Positions 28,932-39,428 are shown, counted from the whole stretch's first letter. The stretch: 61,461 nucleotides of DNA, filler included, from Candidatus Nezhaarchaeota archaeon WYZ-LMO8 (GCA_004347965.1; 7 parts of 7 records of this genome joined end to end with filler, not necessarily neighbours in it), one strand, 5' to 3'. Made by a program: numbers and translations. Notes: generated by a model from the sequence alone, not told the origin.

Positions 28932-29496
28932 ATGACTGATATGCTCGCTTCTCCAAGCACTTTTACTTCATCTCGAGACGTCGTGGTTCTTCCGGTGTTA
29001 AAGAAGGGCAGTGAGGGCAAGGTTTACTTATTGTGGAAGGATCTCCATAAGCTCAGCGAATTCTACTTTGATGAGTGCGGTAGCAGCGGCTGGATGCCCA
29101 AAGTCAGCATCGCTTATGGAGAAATAATCGTAATTGTGTGTCCAAGCATTCTATACAGATTAGCCGACGTAGGAAAGCCCACTATAAGCGGCATTGAAGT
29201 CTTGTGTAACGAGACCTTAACAATTAAGGCCGAAGCCTACGACGAGCAGAGCGCTTTACATAAAGTCTTTCTCGTTTACAGCATAAACAACTCCCCGTGG
29301 AATTACAAGAAAATGGATATCGCAAGAAGGTACGTAATGGAGCCAGTTGGGGTATGGCTTGTGAGAAGAGCTCTATATTACTGAAGTATCGGTAGGGATC
29401 GGTAGAGTGGAGTTCTACGTGGTTGCTATAGATAACGTAGGAAACTACGAAGTAATGAACGTCTACAGACATAGAACTTTCTATGCGGAAACCTAA
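28932..29496 (+). pseudogene. Frameshifted remnant of a surface protein
   Basis: ORF 28932-29384 continues in another frame as LYITEVSVGIGRVEFYVVAIDNVGNYEV. Confidence 0.5.
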
Positions 29497-29689
29497 TTCG
29501 ACAAGCTTAAGCCCATTTTACTTGAAGCACTCAGACGTCGTTCACGGCGATGGACAGGATATAGTCGTAGCTCTAAACACCGACAGCGATACAAGTGGTA
29601 GTCGTTCATTTACGGATTAGCTGGCATTACACTAACTCTTAAATATTCCAATGCTCATACTAATCGTGTTAATGAAGAGTGACTAGGCA

Positions 29690-30385
29690 ATGGAGTCTTT
29701 GAAGAGAAAGTTCTTAGAACTGCTGGAAAAGGACTTGGAGTTTCGCTATGCTGTGGCGGGTTACTTAGGGTTATCTGAGATACTCAAGAGACTCGACGTA
29801 CTAGCTGAAGAGCAGATTAAGATAGCCAAAGAGCAGATGGAGCTTAGAAGAGAGCAGATAAGATTAGCCGAAGAACAAGTTAAACTTAGAGAGGAGCAGA
29901 CAAGGATATGGGTTGAGATAGCTGGACTTAGAGAGGACTTCAACAGGATGAGAGAGGACTTTAACAGAATGTATAGGCAATTGGATATTAGGCTTACTAG
30001 GGTTGAGCGCACGTTAGAGAAGATAACATTAGATATTGGGGAGGAGGCTAGGATCATAGTTAAGTATAGGCTTAGAGAGATGGGCTACGATGTCGAAGTA
30101 GGCTCATTAATATTGCCGGAAGCTGAGATAAACATTTACGGAGTCTCGGATGAGATTTGCGTTGTAGGTGAAGCGTCCGTTAGAGCGTCTGCGAACATAA
30201 TCGACAAGATAAATGATAGTCTCGAGAAGCTAAGAACTCAATACCCAGACAAGCTTAGATCGAAAATACTGAAGGTCGTTTACACTAGCCTAGCTATGCC
30301 AGACCTAATTGAGAGAGCCGAGAAGGAGGATATATGGGTTTTAAAGGCTACAGGCGATACAGTTAAGCCCAAAATTTACAGTTAA
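29690..30385 (+). CDS. Archaeal coiled-coil repeat protein with PD-(D/E)XK-like C-terminal domain
   Basis: FLELLEKDLEFRYAVAGYLG N-terminus; LxEEQ and REDFNRM heptads; EINIYG..VGEA. Confidence 0.8.
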   Translation: MESLKRKFLELLEKDLEFRYAVAGYLGLSEILKRLDVLAEEQIKIAKEQMELRREQIRLAEEQVKLREEQTRIWVEIAGLREDFNRMREDFNRMYRQLDIRLTRVERTLEKITLDIGEEARIIVKYRLREMGYDVEVGSLILPEAEINIYGVSDEICVVGEASVRASANIIDKINDSLEKLRTQYPDKLRSKILKVVYTSLAMPDLIERAEKEDIWVLKATGDTVKPKIYS

Positions 30386-30583
30386 ATCGACTTAATAGCC
30401 ACGATTTACTTTCTAAATTTCAAAAATAGAAAGTTTAGCGAAGTTGACTTGAATTATGACTTTCAGAGTTACTTCCTCATCATCCATACATTGTAACTCA
30501 CGATCAATCTCGATGCACTGTACATATTCGTGAAATAGGGAGTGGCTAAAAGCATTATTAATAGGTGGACTTCGTAATGTTTT

Positions 30584-30787
30584 ATGGTGGGTGCGTTGAA
30601 CCTCTCAACTGATAAGATTAGAGAAGCTTTCAAAGTCGTGTACCTTTCTAGAGAGAGGTATAGGACGACTAAAAGAGACTTGCAGAGCTCGCTGAGATTA
30701 GGCGCCTTAGCGAGGGAGCTTAGCAGCTCGTATTTAGAGGTGATTGAGTGGAAGGAGTGGAAGAGGGTCTTAGCGCTGAGGACCTAG
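30584..30787 (+). CDS. Small hypothetical protein overlapping the nucleotidyltransferase gene
   Basis: 67-aa ORF behind a TATA-like box. Confidence 0.5.
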   Translation: MVGALNLSTDKIREAFKVVYLSRERYRTTKRDLQSSLRLGALARELSSSYLEVIEWKEWKRVLALRT

Positions 30788-31377
30788 CAGAAAAGCTCTA
30801 TAAAGAATTTGAGAAAAGCATACTACCAAAGCTCTTAGAGATTCCAGAGGAGACCAAGAGGTACCTCTACTTCATGGCGTGGCTCAATGAGGAGCTAGAA
30901 AGGAGAGATCTAGGTCGAGTAATAGTAACCGGCGGATTTGCTGTCGAAGTGTATACGGGGAGAATGCACAGGACCATGGACGTCGACGTAATAGTAGAAG
31001 GCGTTAATGCCATCAAAGTGGTTGAAACCTTCCTCACAAAGTTCTCAGAGAGAATAGGTCGAGGCTACCTACCGAGGTATGAAGTTTTGCAGCTAAAGTC
31101 TATAGACATAGTGTCCCCGATCTATGGGAAGAAAGCTCAGCCGACGAAGCTGCTGGTGGAAGGGCTTAGCATCTACTTAGAGCCCGTGGAGGAGCTAATA
31201 ATCACCTACTTAGCCGGCTGGAAGTACTGGAGTGCAACCGAGGATAGAGACAAAGCCCTCTGGTTATTCATAGCGTGGAGGGACAGACTAAACCATGACC
31301 ATCTCGAGAAAAGATCTAGAGAAGAGAGAGTGGAAGACTACTTAGAGCTCTTGAAGAAGAATGCGAATAGAATTTAG
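30748..31377 (+). CDS. Pol-beta-superfamily nucleotidyltransferase (DUF6036-like)
   Basis: VTGGFAV...RTMDVDVI signature; GAGGTGA RBS. Confidence 0.75.
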   Translation: MEGVEEGLSAEDLAEKLYKEFEKSILPKLLEIPEETKRYLYFMAWLNEELERRDLGRVIVTGGFAVEVYTGRMHRTMDVDVIVEGVNAIKVVETFLTKFSERIGRGYLPRYEVLQLKSIDIVSPIYGKKAQPTKLLVEGLSIYLEPVEELIITYLAGWKYWSATEDRDKALWLFIAWRDRLNHDHLEKRSREERVEDYLELLKKNANRI

Positions 31378-31721
31378 AAAGGAGAAAGGTAGTTAACACT
31401 TCCTCAAGCAAGCCACCATCACATCTCTGGTCGTTACTATTAGCATGCGCACCTAGAAGCTCATAGCAGCCGTGATGAAACCTTGAAATCTGGGGGATCA
31501 GTCTCAATTTCACTAACCTATTGCGCCCCTTAGATTACAAAATCTCCCAATAGCTTTATGCTTCACTGACACTAACCATAGACTTTAAGCAACACATGCA
31601 CTTAACTGATTCTATAATCGCGTGAGGTTTAATATCTAGACAGTCACCCTCAAATGAGCTATTTCCTCTTCACATCAAGGCTCTTTAAGCGCAAGTTGCC
31701 ATGTTGAAACTTATCAGAGCT

Positions 31722-34415
31722 TCATTGTTTAGAGCCCAAGTTCATTGCTATTCTCCTTAGAAGCTCTTCCTCGCTCACATCTAACGCGTGAAGCCAAGTC
31801 TCTAACTGCCACTCGACCGGGATAACTGATATGCCCGCTTCTTCGAGCACTTTTACTTCATCTCTCGAGTTCTCGTAGTTCCACTTAGGCATTATGAACT
31901 TCTTAACCTTGACCCTCTTAGTCTTAATAGCCGCTATTATCTTACCTGCCCCTCTCCAACCTAGCCCCCCAACAGGACCAATCCTACCTTTGATGTCGGT
32001 TTTACCGGTCATTACGATTGATGGGCTTACCGACAACCCCGAAAGCTCTGATATCGCCGCTACACTAAGTGCAACTCCAAGACTTGGGCCTGAGACTCCT
32101 CCCCCTGGAATTCCCTCAAGGGGGCTTACTACTTGGAATCTGAAGTCGTAATCGCTTATATCGATGCCGAGCTTCTTATTCAAGTAAAGCTTTATGTAGT
32201 CCACAGCGTTTTGTGCACTTTCAATAACGCTCACGTCTTCGACGGTGGTCATAGGGCTGATTGCTACAGATTTTGCAGCTCCAGTTACTGTGACTTTACC
32301 GGTACCTTTACTAATCGCACACTCTACTATCAGTAGCATTCCTCTTCTACCTTGAGGATCTGTTGCAAGTCCTAGAGCTACTCCAGGTCCTTGAACCACC
32401 ATGCTTTCTTGGGCATCCATGAGCTCCCTGTCGACCTCGTGCTCTAAAAGCTCTGCGGCCTTTTCGAAGTGATATAACCTTATCTTGTAAGACTCAGGTG
32501 TTATTCTTGATAATAAGTCCGCATCGATAGGCCCCATGAGTTCTCTTATCCTCTCTAAGTCCTCTTTGTAAACCTGGTACACCTCAACAAGTCTTATCTT
32601 GTCCCCTGCCTTCATAGCCTTAACGTATTCGCTTGCAGCTACGACCTCCTGGCTTCTCAACCTATTAGCTTCTCTTATTACTTCAGCTATGACCCTCGGT
32701 GAGACAACCCTAAACCTCTTAATTATGCTTAAAACTCCTTCGGGTGTAACCTCTTCGTGCAAGTGAAACATGTATTGCCTCAAATGTACTCTTACCACGT
32801 CAAGTCTTTCAGAGTCATTTCTAGGAAGCGGTACCTCGATTATGTAGGGCTCAAACCTGTTTAAGACAGCTTCATCTATTGCATCAAGCCTGTTAGTTGC
32901 AGCTATCACTATCACGTTTTCAAGAGGTTGCAAACCGTCGAGCTCCGTCAGTATTTGTGCTGTTAATCTATCGCTTACTGGATCTCCTCTCCTTTTATTA
33001 GCTATAACGTCAAATTCGTCAAAGAATATTATGCTTGGAGCATTTCTTCTAGCAAGCTGAAATAGGTCTTTAATGTTCTTCTCAGGGTCCCCAACCCATT
33101 TCGCATTCATAAGTAGTTGAGCTGCTGGAACGTAAAAGAACGTTGCATCACACTCTTTCGCTATGGCTTTTGACAAGTAAGTCTTACCACATCCTGGTTC
33201 TCCCCACAGCAAGAAGCCTTTGGGTGGAACCCAATTTAACTTACTGGCAAGTTCTGGTTTAAGGCTGAGAGATATGATCTTAAAGACCTTCTCTTTAATT
33301 CCAAAGAGCCCGCCTACGTCTTCATAACTTACAGCTGGCTTTACCTTGAGGACGGAGCTTAAGACCTCAGTACTCTTCTCCTGCTCCACGTAACCTCTTA
33401 GCTCCCTAGCTATAAGCTTGAAGTCATCTATGGTGACTTTGTATGAGAATTGCTCACTTCTTGGAGCACCTAGCATCCTAAACAGCTTCTCTCTTAATGG
33501 CTCAACCTTTCTTACTCTAACCTTGTTACAGGCATCTATGATGTCAAAGGGGGTGAGTTGAGTCTGCCTATAGGAGCTTACAGACCTTTCAAGCACAGTC
33601 ATTACTTCTTCAGGGTCTAAGTACGTCCATCCATATTTCTTGAGCTCAGCTTTTAAGACGGCAAGTAACATTTCTCGAGTTATGTTTTGATCAAGATCTA
33701 TTACGTATGCTCTTCTCCTGATGTCTTCTCTTATAGATTCAAACATGTTCGTAGCAGCTATGATCACTATCCTCTCATTGGTATTAATTACTCTATTAAG
33801 GTACTCTATGAAGACATCCTGAACTCTTACGTCTTCTCTATCAGCTCCATACAAAGGCTTATCAACCTTCATACCGATGCTATGGAATTCGTCAAAGAAT
33901 ATGACGCTTGGTGTGTCCTCAGCTCTCTTGAATACAATTGCAAGATTTCTTATCGATTGACCATATAGCGGATGAAATATCTCATCACTATTGACAACTA
34001 TTGGCTGAACATTAATTCCCAACTTCAAACCATAAACTACAGCTTCTCTAAGACAAACCTCCGCTAACAAAGACTTTCCAGAACCTGTTGAGCCCTTTAA
34101 GATAAAGAACTTTGGAGGAGGTGCGCCTTTAAATAGCTCCTTCACAGTAGGGTCCTCTATCACATGATACGCTATAGCTGTCATTATTGTTTGAAACTCC
34201 TTATCTCTACCTATCAAATCGTCCTTGGTATTAGGGAACTTCTTGTTAAGTTCATGAAGTCTCTTCTTGAGCTTCTTTGGCGTTAACTTTGCATTCCTCC
34301 ATCTCCTGTACTCTCTATTGGATAAGTATAGAGGGAGTGATAGGAGGGTCCTTAACTTAGGTCTTAAGAGCCACCAAGGTTTCTTCTCTTCAATCTCTCT
34401 CATCGATAAACTCAT
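31722..34415 (-). CDS. Tandem AAA+ ATPase fused to a C-terminal Lon (S16) protease domain
   Basis: D1 GSTGSGKS/IFFDE/AATN; D2 GEPGCGKT/KWVG/IFFDE/AATNR; protease GPSLG, MTG, PVGGL..GK; GGAGG RBS before ATG 34415. Confidence 0.88.
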   Translation of the reverse strand: MSLSMREIEEKKPWWLLRPKLRTLLSLPLYLSNREYRRWRNAKLTPKKLKKRLHELNKKFPNTKDDLIGRDKEFQTIMTAIAYHVIEDPTVKELFKGAPPPKFFILKGSTGSGKSLLAEVCLREAVVYGLKLGINVQPIVVNSDEIFHPLYGQSIRNLAIVFKRAEDTPSVIFFDEFHSIGMKVDKPLYGADREDVRVQDVFIEYLNRVINTNERIVIIAATNMFESIREDIRRRAYVIDLDQNITREMLLAVLKAELKKYGWTYLDPEEVMTVLERSVSSYRQTQLTPFDIIDACNKVRVRKVEPLREKLFRMLGAPRSEQFSYKVTIDDFKLIARELRGYVEQEKSTEVLSSVLKVKPAVSYEDVGGLFGIKEKVFKIISLSLKPELASKLNWVPPKGFLLWGEPGCGKTYLSKAIAKECDATFFYVPAAQLLMNAKWVGDPEKNIKDLFQLARRNAPSIIFFDEFDVIANKRRGDPVSDRLTAQILTELDGLQPLENVIVIAATNRLDAIDEAVLNRFEPYIIEVPLPRNDSERLDVVRVHLRQYMFHLHEEVTPEGVLSIIKRFRVVSPRVIAEVIREANRLRSQEVVAASEYVKAMKAGDKIRLVEVYQVYKEDLERIRELMGPIDADLLSRITPESYKIRLYHFEKAAELLEHEVDRELMDAQESMVVQGPGVALGLATDPQGRRGMLLIVECAISKGTGKVTVTGAAKSVAISPMTTVEDVSVIESAQNAVDYIKLYLNKKLGIDISDYDFRFQVVSPLEGIPGGGVSGPSLGVALSVAAISELSGLSVSPSIVMTGKTDIKGRIGPVGGLGWRGAGKIIAAIKTKRVKVKKFIMPKWNYENSRDEVKVLEEAGISVIPVEWQLETWLHALDVSEEELLRRIAMNLGSKQ

Positions 34416-35205
34416 ACCAGCCCCTCCAGTGAACAACTCCATACAATATGGCTAAACCAATAAACATGATAAGCGATATTATGAGGTTCCCAAGCTTAAG
34501 GTCTATTGAGAGTGTAGCGGCTAATGAGTACGCAAGCACACCAACAGTTATGAGAACCACAGCAGCACATGATAATGCAAAAGCGTAAAACATGTATCTT
34601 AGCACTAGGGCTATACTGTCATTAATGCTCCATCTACCAGTCTTTCTCACCTTCATGTCCTTGAGGTCGAGATAGGCGGTTAAGCCAAAGAGTAGTATGA
34701 AAACTGCATAGACCACAATCCCCCAAGGCTCCACAGACCATAAGCTGAGGGAAACAGGTATCTTACTAATAATAGATTGCGAGTCTATCTCTGACGTCAA
34801 GGGGATTACAAGCTTAAATGTTATGTTCCCTGGACAATGGTATGTATTAAGCCTTACCTCACCTTCCTGCGAATACTTTGTAAGTGTTAAGTTAAAGGAT
34901 CCTATCGAAGAAAATAAGAGCTCGCACATGCTCCTCTTGTAGGTCGTTGGATTAATTATCGTAAGAGTTACAATGCTTCTAAAACCTTCACGAAATGCTT
35001 CCTCAACTTTAATTGAAACATCCGGCGGGATTAAGTAATTGAGAGTTACTACATAAGTTCCCTGAACCTTAATCATGAGGAGTTCCCCACTTCTAAGTAC
35101 AACGTCGTCACTTATCGCAGTAATCATTGGTTCTTGTGCACATACCATTGTGAGGCTCATGAATATCAAGATTAGTGATGATGTGAACATGAAGCGTGAT
35201 ATCAA
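34390..35205 (-). CDS. Membrane protein: signal peptide, extracellular domain, three C-terminal TM helices
   Basis: Hydropathy pattern; stop overlaps the AAA-Lon start. Confidence 0.8.
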   Translation of the reverse strand: MISRFMFTSSLILIFMSLTMVCAQEPMITAISDDVVLRSGELLMIKVQGTYVVTLNYLIPPDVSIKVEEAFREGFRSIVTLTIINPTTYKRSMCELLFSSIGSFNLTLTKYSQEGEVRLNTYHCPGNITFKLVIPLTSEIDSQSIISKIPVSLSLWSVEPWGIVVYAVFILLFGLTAYLDLKDMKVRKTGRWSINDSIALVLRYMFYAFALSCAAVVLITVGVLAYSLAATLSIDLKLGNLIISLIMFIGLAILYGVVHWRGWYEFIDERD

Positions 35206-35492
35206 ATCATTTATCCCCTTAATCTCACACTTGACGGGGCTCCATAAAAACTGTTCTTCAAGTCTTTCTAGTTCATTGCATCCTTTAAATGCAAGATAGT
35301 TGCTCTAAAACAGCTACTTCTTAGTTTCCTTTTCTCAAGAAACTTTCTTAGGACATCTTGCTTTTTAGTAAATCATCATTGCCAGGGAAACTTCATGCTA
35401 AATAATAGTTAGTTGAAAGATTTATTACCTTAGAAGAATCATTAAATAAACCTTAAAGTCAAAGCTAATAGTATGAAGTCGAGGTTTTAGCC

Positions 35493-36692
35493 ATGAAAGT
35501 TCTTTCAACTCGTGAGAAGGTAGGTGCATTAAAAGAAATCGTAGGCCCTGAGAACGTCATAGACAGCAAGCCAGCTTTACTCATATATTCTAAGGATGCG
35601 AGCCCGATGAGAGGTAAGGTGCCCATAGCAGTTGTGAGACCATCATCTACGGAAGAGGTACAGAGGATAATCTTATGGGCTAACGAGACCAGGACTCCTC
35701 TATATCCTAGAAGCGGTGGCACAAGCTTGTGGGGAGCGATTCCCGTTGTTGAGGGAAGTGTCGTCGTAGACCTGTCAAGAATGAACAGAGTAATAAACAT
35801 TGACGAAAGAAACCTTGTGTGCGTTGTTGAACCAGCCATTACCTTCGGAGAGCTGGAGAATATCTTAGCGAAGCGGGGGCTAAGGTTCATAATGAGCCCA
35901 GAAAACGGAATGGGGGCAACTGTCGGCGGAAACTTTGCAAGTCATGGAACTGGTTGGGGGGCTGGGCCTAACTTCTCAAATCAAGGAGATTGTGTGTTAG
36001 GCTGTAAAGTAGTCTTACCAACAGGAGAGATCCTTACAACTGGAAGTATGGCTAATCCAAACGCTCATGGACACTTCTATCGCTACGCTCTTGGCCACGA
36101 CCTAACAGGGCTCTTCTGCGGCTCCGAAGGGACCCTTGGAATCATAACAGAGTTGGCGCTCAAAATCGAGGAGATGCCTGGAGCTCTGGGCTTTGCAACT
36201 TTTGGTTATGATGACCTAGAGGCTGCTGGAAAAGCACTGTACAGGGTGAGGAGGATGAGAATACCGACTATCTATGCTTACTTATCTACTAGCTGGACGC
36301 TCAACATGCTCTTCCCTGAGAAGGCTCCTTGGCCCCATACAATAAAGTTCGTAGTAGGGGCTAATACCAAAGAGATCATGGAAATCGAGCTTAACAGGTT
36401 AATGGATGCTGCAGGTAAAGATGGAACCTATCTAGGTCCTCAATTAGCTGAAGAGACTTGGAAGGAGAGGTATAGATGGGTAGGTCTCTTCGGCTACAAG
36501 CTTGGGATGAGAGCAGCCCTTCCGATGCACATACCCATAGGAGAAGTAGGATATTACCTCAAGGAGATAGAGAAGACCTCTCGCTATGTAAAGGATAGAT
36601 ATGGACTGAACGTTGGGGCAGGAGGCTTCATGTGCGATCGAAGTGTTGTAGTCATAGTAGTTACTTACTTCGATCCAAGCAGTAGGCAGGAA
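35493..36692 (+). CDS. FAD-binding oxidoreductase, GlcD/D-lactate dehydrogenase family (3' truncated)
   Basis: VVRPSSTEEV, PRSGGTSLWG, ATVGG, GSEGTLGIITE. Confidence 0.9.
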
Positions 36693-36792
36693 NNNNNNNN
36701 NNNNNNNNNNNNNNNNNNNNNNNNNNNNNNNNNNNNTTAATTAATTAANNNNNNNNNNNNNNNNNNNNNNNNNNNNNNNNNNNNNNNNNNNN
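36693..36792. other. Artificial contig spacer
   Basis: N44-TTAATTAATTAA-N44. Confidence 0.99.
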
Positions 36793-36846
36793 ATGCCCAT
36801 GACCTAAAGGCTTGAGTCCCTAAGTTCGTTTAAGTTTGAGAAGGAA

Positions 36847-37680
36847 TCACATCTCATATGGCACAACAATCACGAACGTCTCCACATATATCTGTCCAAA
36901 GCCGGGATGATGGTACCAGCTTCCCTCCTTTATTGATGCGTAGAATACTTGGTCGTTCTGAGGCTCGATGTATACTAAGCCTTCAACGCACCTTATGGCG
37001 TTGAAGGCGTGGTTGAACTCTCTCCCCTGAGCATCCCTACCTAAGACTACGACTATCCCCACGTCCCAATGGTTCATCTTCGCCTTAACCGAGAGCATTA
37101 ACGCGTAATCTCCACAGACGAAGTCCCACTTTGAATATGGAATCTTGTCTGTATCGTCTTCTGCAAGCCACCTCTTAAGATCGTTGATCGTTGGTCTTAC
37201 AGTTTCATTTAACAATAATGGAGAGAACAAGGCGAAGTACATCTTATCGTAGGCTTCTTTAAGCTTAGCATAGCTTGCTGATAGTGCCTGGTGCTCGCTT
37301 AAAAGCACCTCATACCTCTCTTGAAGGTTCAAGTAGTCTTGAAGGTGTTGCTGAAGGATTGTGTAGTTCTGAAGTAGTTCTGTGTAAGTTTTATTGAGCA
37401 TAGCGTAGGCGTCTTTAAGCTCAAGATGCTCGGATGTAAGCTTCTCGAAGCTATCGAGGAGAGTTGAGTAGCTGCCTTGAAGGTCGATGTATGATGCGCT
37501 AAGAGCTTCATGTCTCTTAGAAAGGTCTTCGTATTGAGCTTCAAGCTCTTGAAGTCTCTCTTTGAGAGTTGTTACTTCGCTTTGTAGAAGGTTGCTCATG
37601 TAGGTTGACAAACACGAATAGAAGAGGAGAGCAGATAGAGCAAATATGATGGCTAGGGTCTTCAACCCTCTAGGTGTCAT
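36847..37680 (-). CDS. Membrane-anchored coiled-coil protein with a C-terminal transglutaminase/papain-like domain
   Basis: TM anchor; long heptad run with Tyr/Leu; FVCGDYA, HAFN, YIEPQND. Confidence 0.75.
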   Translation of the reverse strand: MTPRGLKTLAIIFALSALLFYSCLSTYMSNLLQSEVTTLKERLQELEAQYEDLSKRHEALSASYIDLQGSYSTLLDSFEKLTSEHLELKDAYAMLNKTYTELLQNYTILQQHLQDYLNLQERYEVLLSEHQALSASYAKLKEAYDKMYFALFSPLLLNETVRPTINDLKRWLAEDDTDKIPYSKWDFVCGDYALMLSVKAKMNHWDVGIVVVLGRDAQGREFNHAFNAIRCVEGLVYIEPQNDQVFYASIKEGSWYHHPGFGQIYVETFVIVVPYEM

Positions 37681-37910
37681 GGCCTCTCCTCAGCCTTCAA
37701 TAAGATCTTTGAGTACCTTGCTAATGAGAGTATCTCAAGTGGTTCACCGCTCTTCAATAGAGTCCAAGGTTCCTAGCTGTACATGAATGCTTGAACTTTA
37801 AGTGCTTTGCTTCCTCTAAAGTTGTGACCAAGATTTTTGATGCGCTTACTAAAGCTCATGGATTGTATGTTCGTGCAAAGTTTATCTGTAATTTCAGCTT
37901 AACTACTTAC

Positions 37911-38834
37911 ATGAGTTTTAAGGTTCGAGCTAAGAGGAGAGAGCCTAGGTTTCTTAGGATTGATGGTACCCCGAACTTCTCATCTAAAATCTACGAGAAG
38001 CCTGGTGAGGTTGAGATTATTGCTCGTAGGCCTGTTGTAACTGCTACTCCGACTACTAGGGTTATAGATGCTCTCAGGATTATGGCTTCTCGCGGCTTTA
38101 GGAGGTTGCCAATAGCTTCAGTAACTGGTAGGCTTATGGGGATAGTTACAGCTATGGACTTCATGAACTACTTTGGTGGTGGAGAGAAGTTTAACTTGAT
38201 AGTTAACAGGCACGGCTTCAACATTTATAGTGCCTTCAATGAAGCACTTGAACCCATAATGACTAAGGACGTTGTGAAGGCCTACGTCGATGAGACTTTT
38301 GTAGACGTACTTTCTAAGATGGTTAGATATAATGTTGGAGCGATTCCGATAGTTACTAGAGAAGAGAAGGTTTTTGGGATAATAACTGAGAAGGATGTTG
38401 TCGATCATTTAGCGGATAAGATAACTGGTAAGACAGTCGAAGAGGTTATGACGAGCGACGTGGTTACCATAGGCCCGAACTTCACTCTTTATGATGCCTT
38501 GAGGACCATGGTCTCTAATGGTTTCAGGAGACTGCCAGTAGTAGATGATGGAGAGCTTAGAGGAATAATAGTGGCCATGGATGTGGTGAGGTTTCTAAGC
38601 TCTAGTAGAGTATTTGAGAAAGCGAGATCAGGTGATGTGAGGGACTTTTTGAGCGTCAAGGTCTCTGAGGTAATGACGAGAGAGGTGGAGACCATAGCTC
38701 CAAGTAAGGATTTAGGGGAAGCTGCTAGGTTAATGAGGAGTAAAGGTAAGGGCTCCCTACTGGTAATTGATGATGGAGAGCTTAAAGGGATAATTACTGA
38801 GAGAGATCTTGTTATCGCAATAGCTTTAGAGTAG
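37911..38834 (+). CDS. Four-CBS-domain protein
   Basis: Repeated FRRLP, GIITEKD/GIITERD, VMT motifs. Confidence 0.9.
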   Translation: MSFKVRAKRREPRFLRIDGTPNFSSKIYEKPGEVEIIARRPVVTATPTTRVIDALRIMASRGFRRLPIASVTGRLMGIVTAMDFMNYFGGGEKFNLIVNRHGFNIYSAFNEALEPIMTKDVVKAYVDETFVDVLSKMVRYNVGAIPIVTREEKVFGIITEKDVVDHLADKITGKTVEEVMTSDVVTIGPNFTLYDALRTMVSNGFRRLPVVDDGELRGIIVAMDVVRFLSSSRVFEKARSGDVRDFLSVKVSEVMTREVETIAPSKDLGEAARLMRSKGKGSLLVIDDGELKGIITERDLVIAIALE

Positions 38835-39428
38835 CTTTTTAACTATTCTTGCTCCTTCCTCGAAGGCTTTCTGGTTAATCTTAGCAGCATCTTTTCTAAA
38901 TGTCCTCGAAATAGCCTTCATTATGGATTCTTCACTTAGAGCTAGTTTACCAGTAGCCCAAGCTGACCCCAACATAACTATGTTAGCAGATTGAGGAGAG
39001 CCTATGCTACTGGCTATTTCGTGAGCATTAATAACATATACTTCTCCAGCTATGCCCTTCAGTTCCTCTAGTATTGCCTCTAAGCTTGGGTATTGAAAGT
39101 CTAATATCATTGATATGGGAGGAGGAAGGGCATTGCTATTCAACACTACAACCCCTCTTTTAGACTTTAAGTACTGCAGCACCTTCAAGGTCTCTGATAG
39201 CTCGAGCGATATGACCATGTCTGCTGAGCCCTCCATTACTAATGGTGAGCTTACCTTCTCCCCTATCCTGACGTGACATACGACTGAACCTCCTCTCTGA
39301 GCCATACCGTGAACCTCTGCCACCTTGGTATCGTAGCCCTCTATGATGGCTGCCATACCCATTATAGATGCTAGCGTGAGTATTCCTTGGCCACCAACAC
39401 CTGATAGCACTATGTCCACATGCTTCAC
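38826..39428 (-). CDS. iorB: Indolepyruvate:ferredoxin oxidoreductase beta subunit
   Basis: GVGGQG, EVHGMAQRGGSV, NIVMLG. Confidence 0.93.
   Translation of the reverse strand: MKHVDIVLSGVGGQGILTLASIMGMAAIIEGYDTKVAEVHGMAQRGGSVVCHVRIGEKVSSPLVMEGSADMVISLELSETLKVLQYLKSKRGVVVLNSNALPPPISMILDFQYPSLEAILEELKGIAGEVYVINAHEIASSIGSPQSANIVMLGSAWATGKLALSEESIMKAISRTFRKDAAKINQKAFEEGARIVKKLL

Noticed and set aside
30462..30500. ATGATGA-10 nt-CTGA on the minus strand
   Set aside because: Only half a C/D unit, and the would-be guide is tied up in a GAGTTAC/GTAACTC stem
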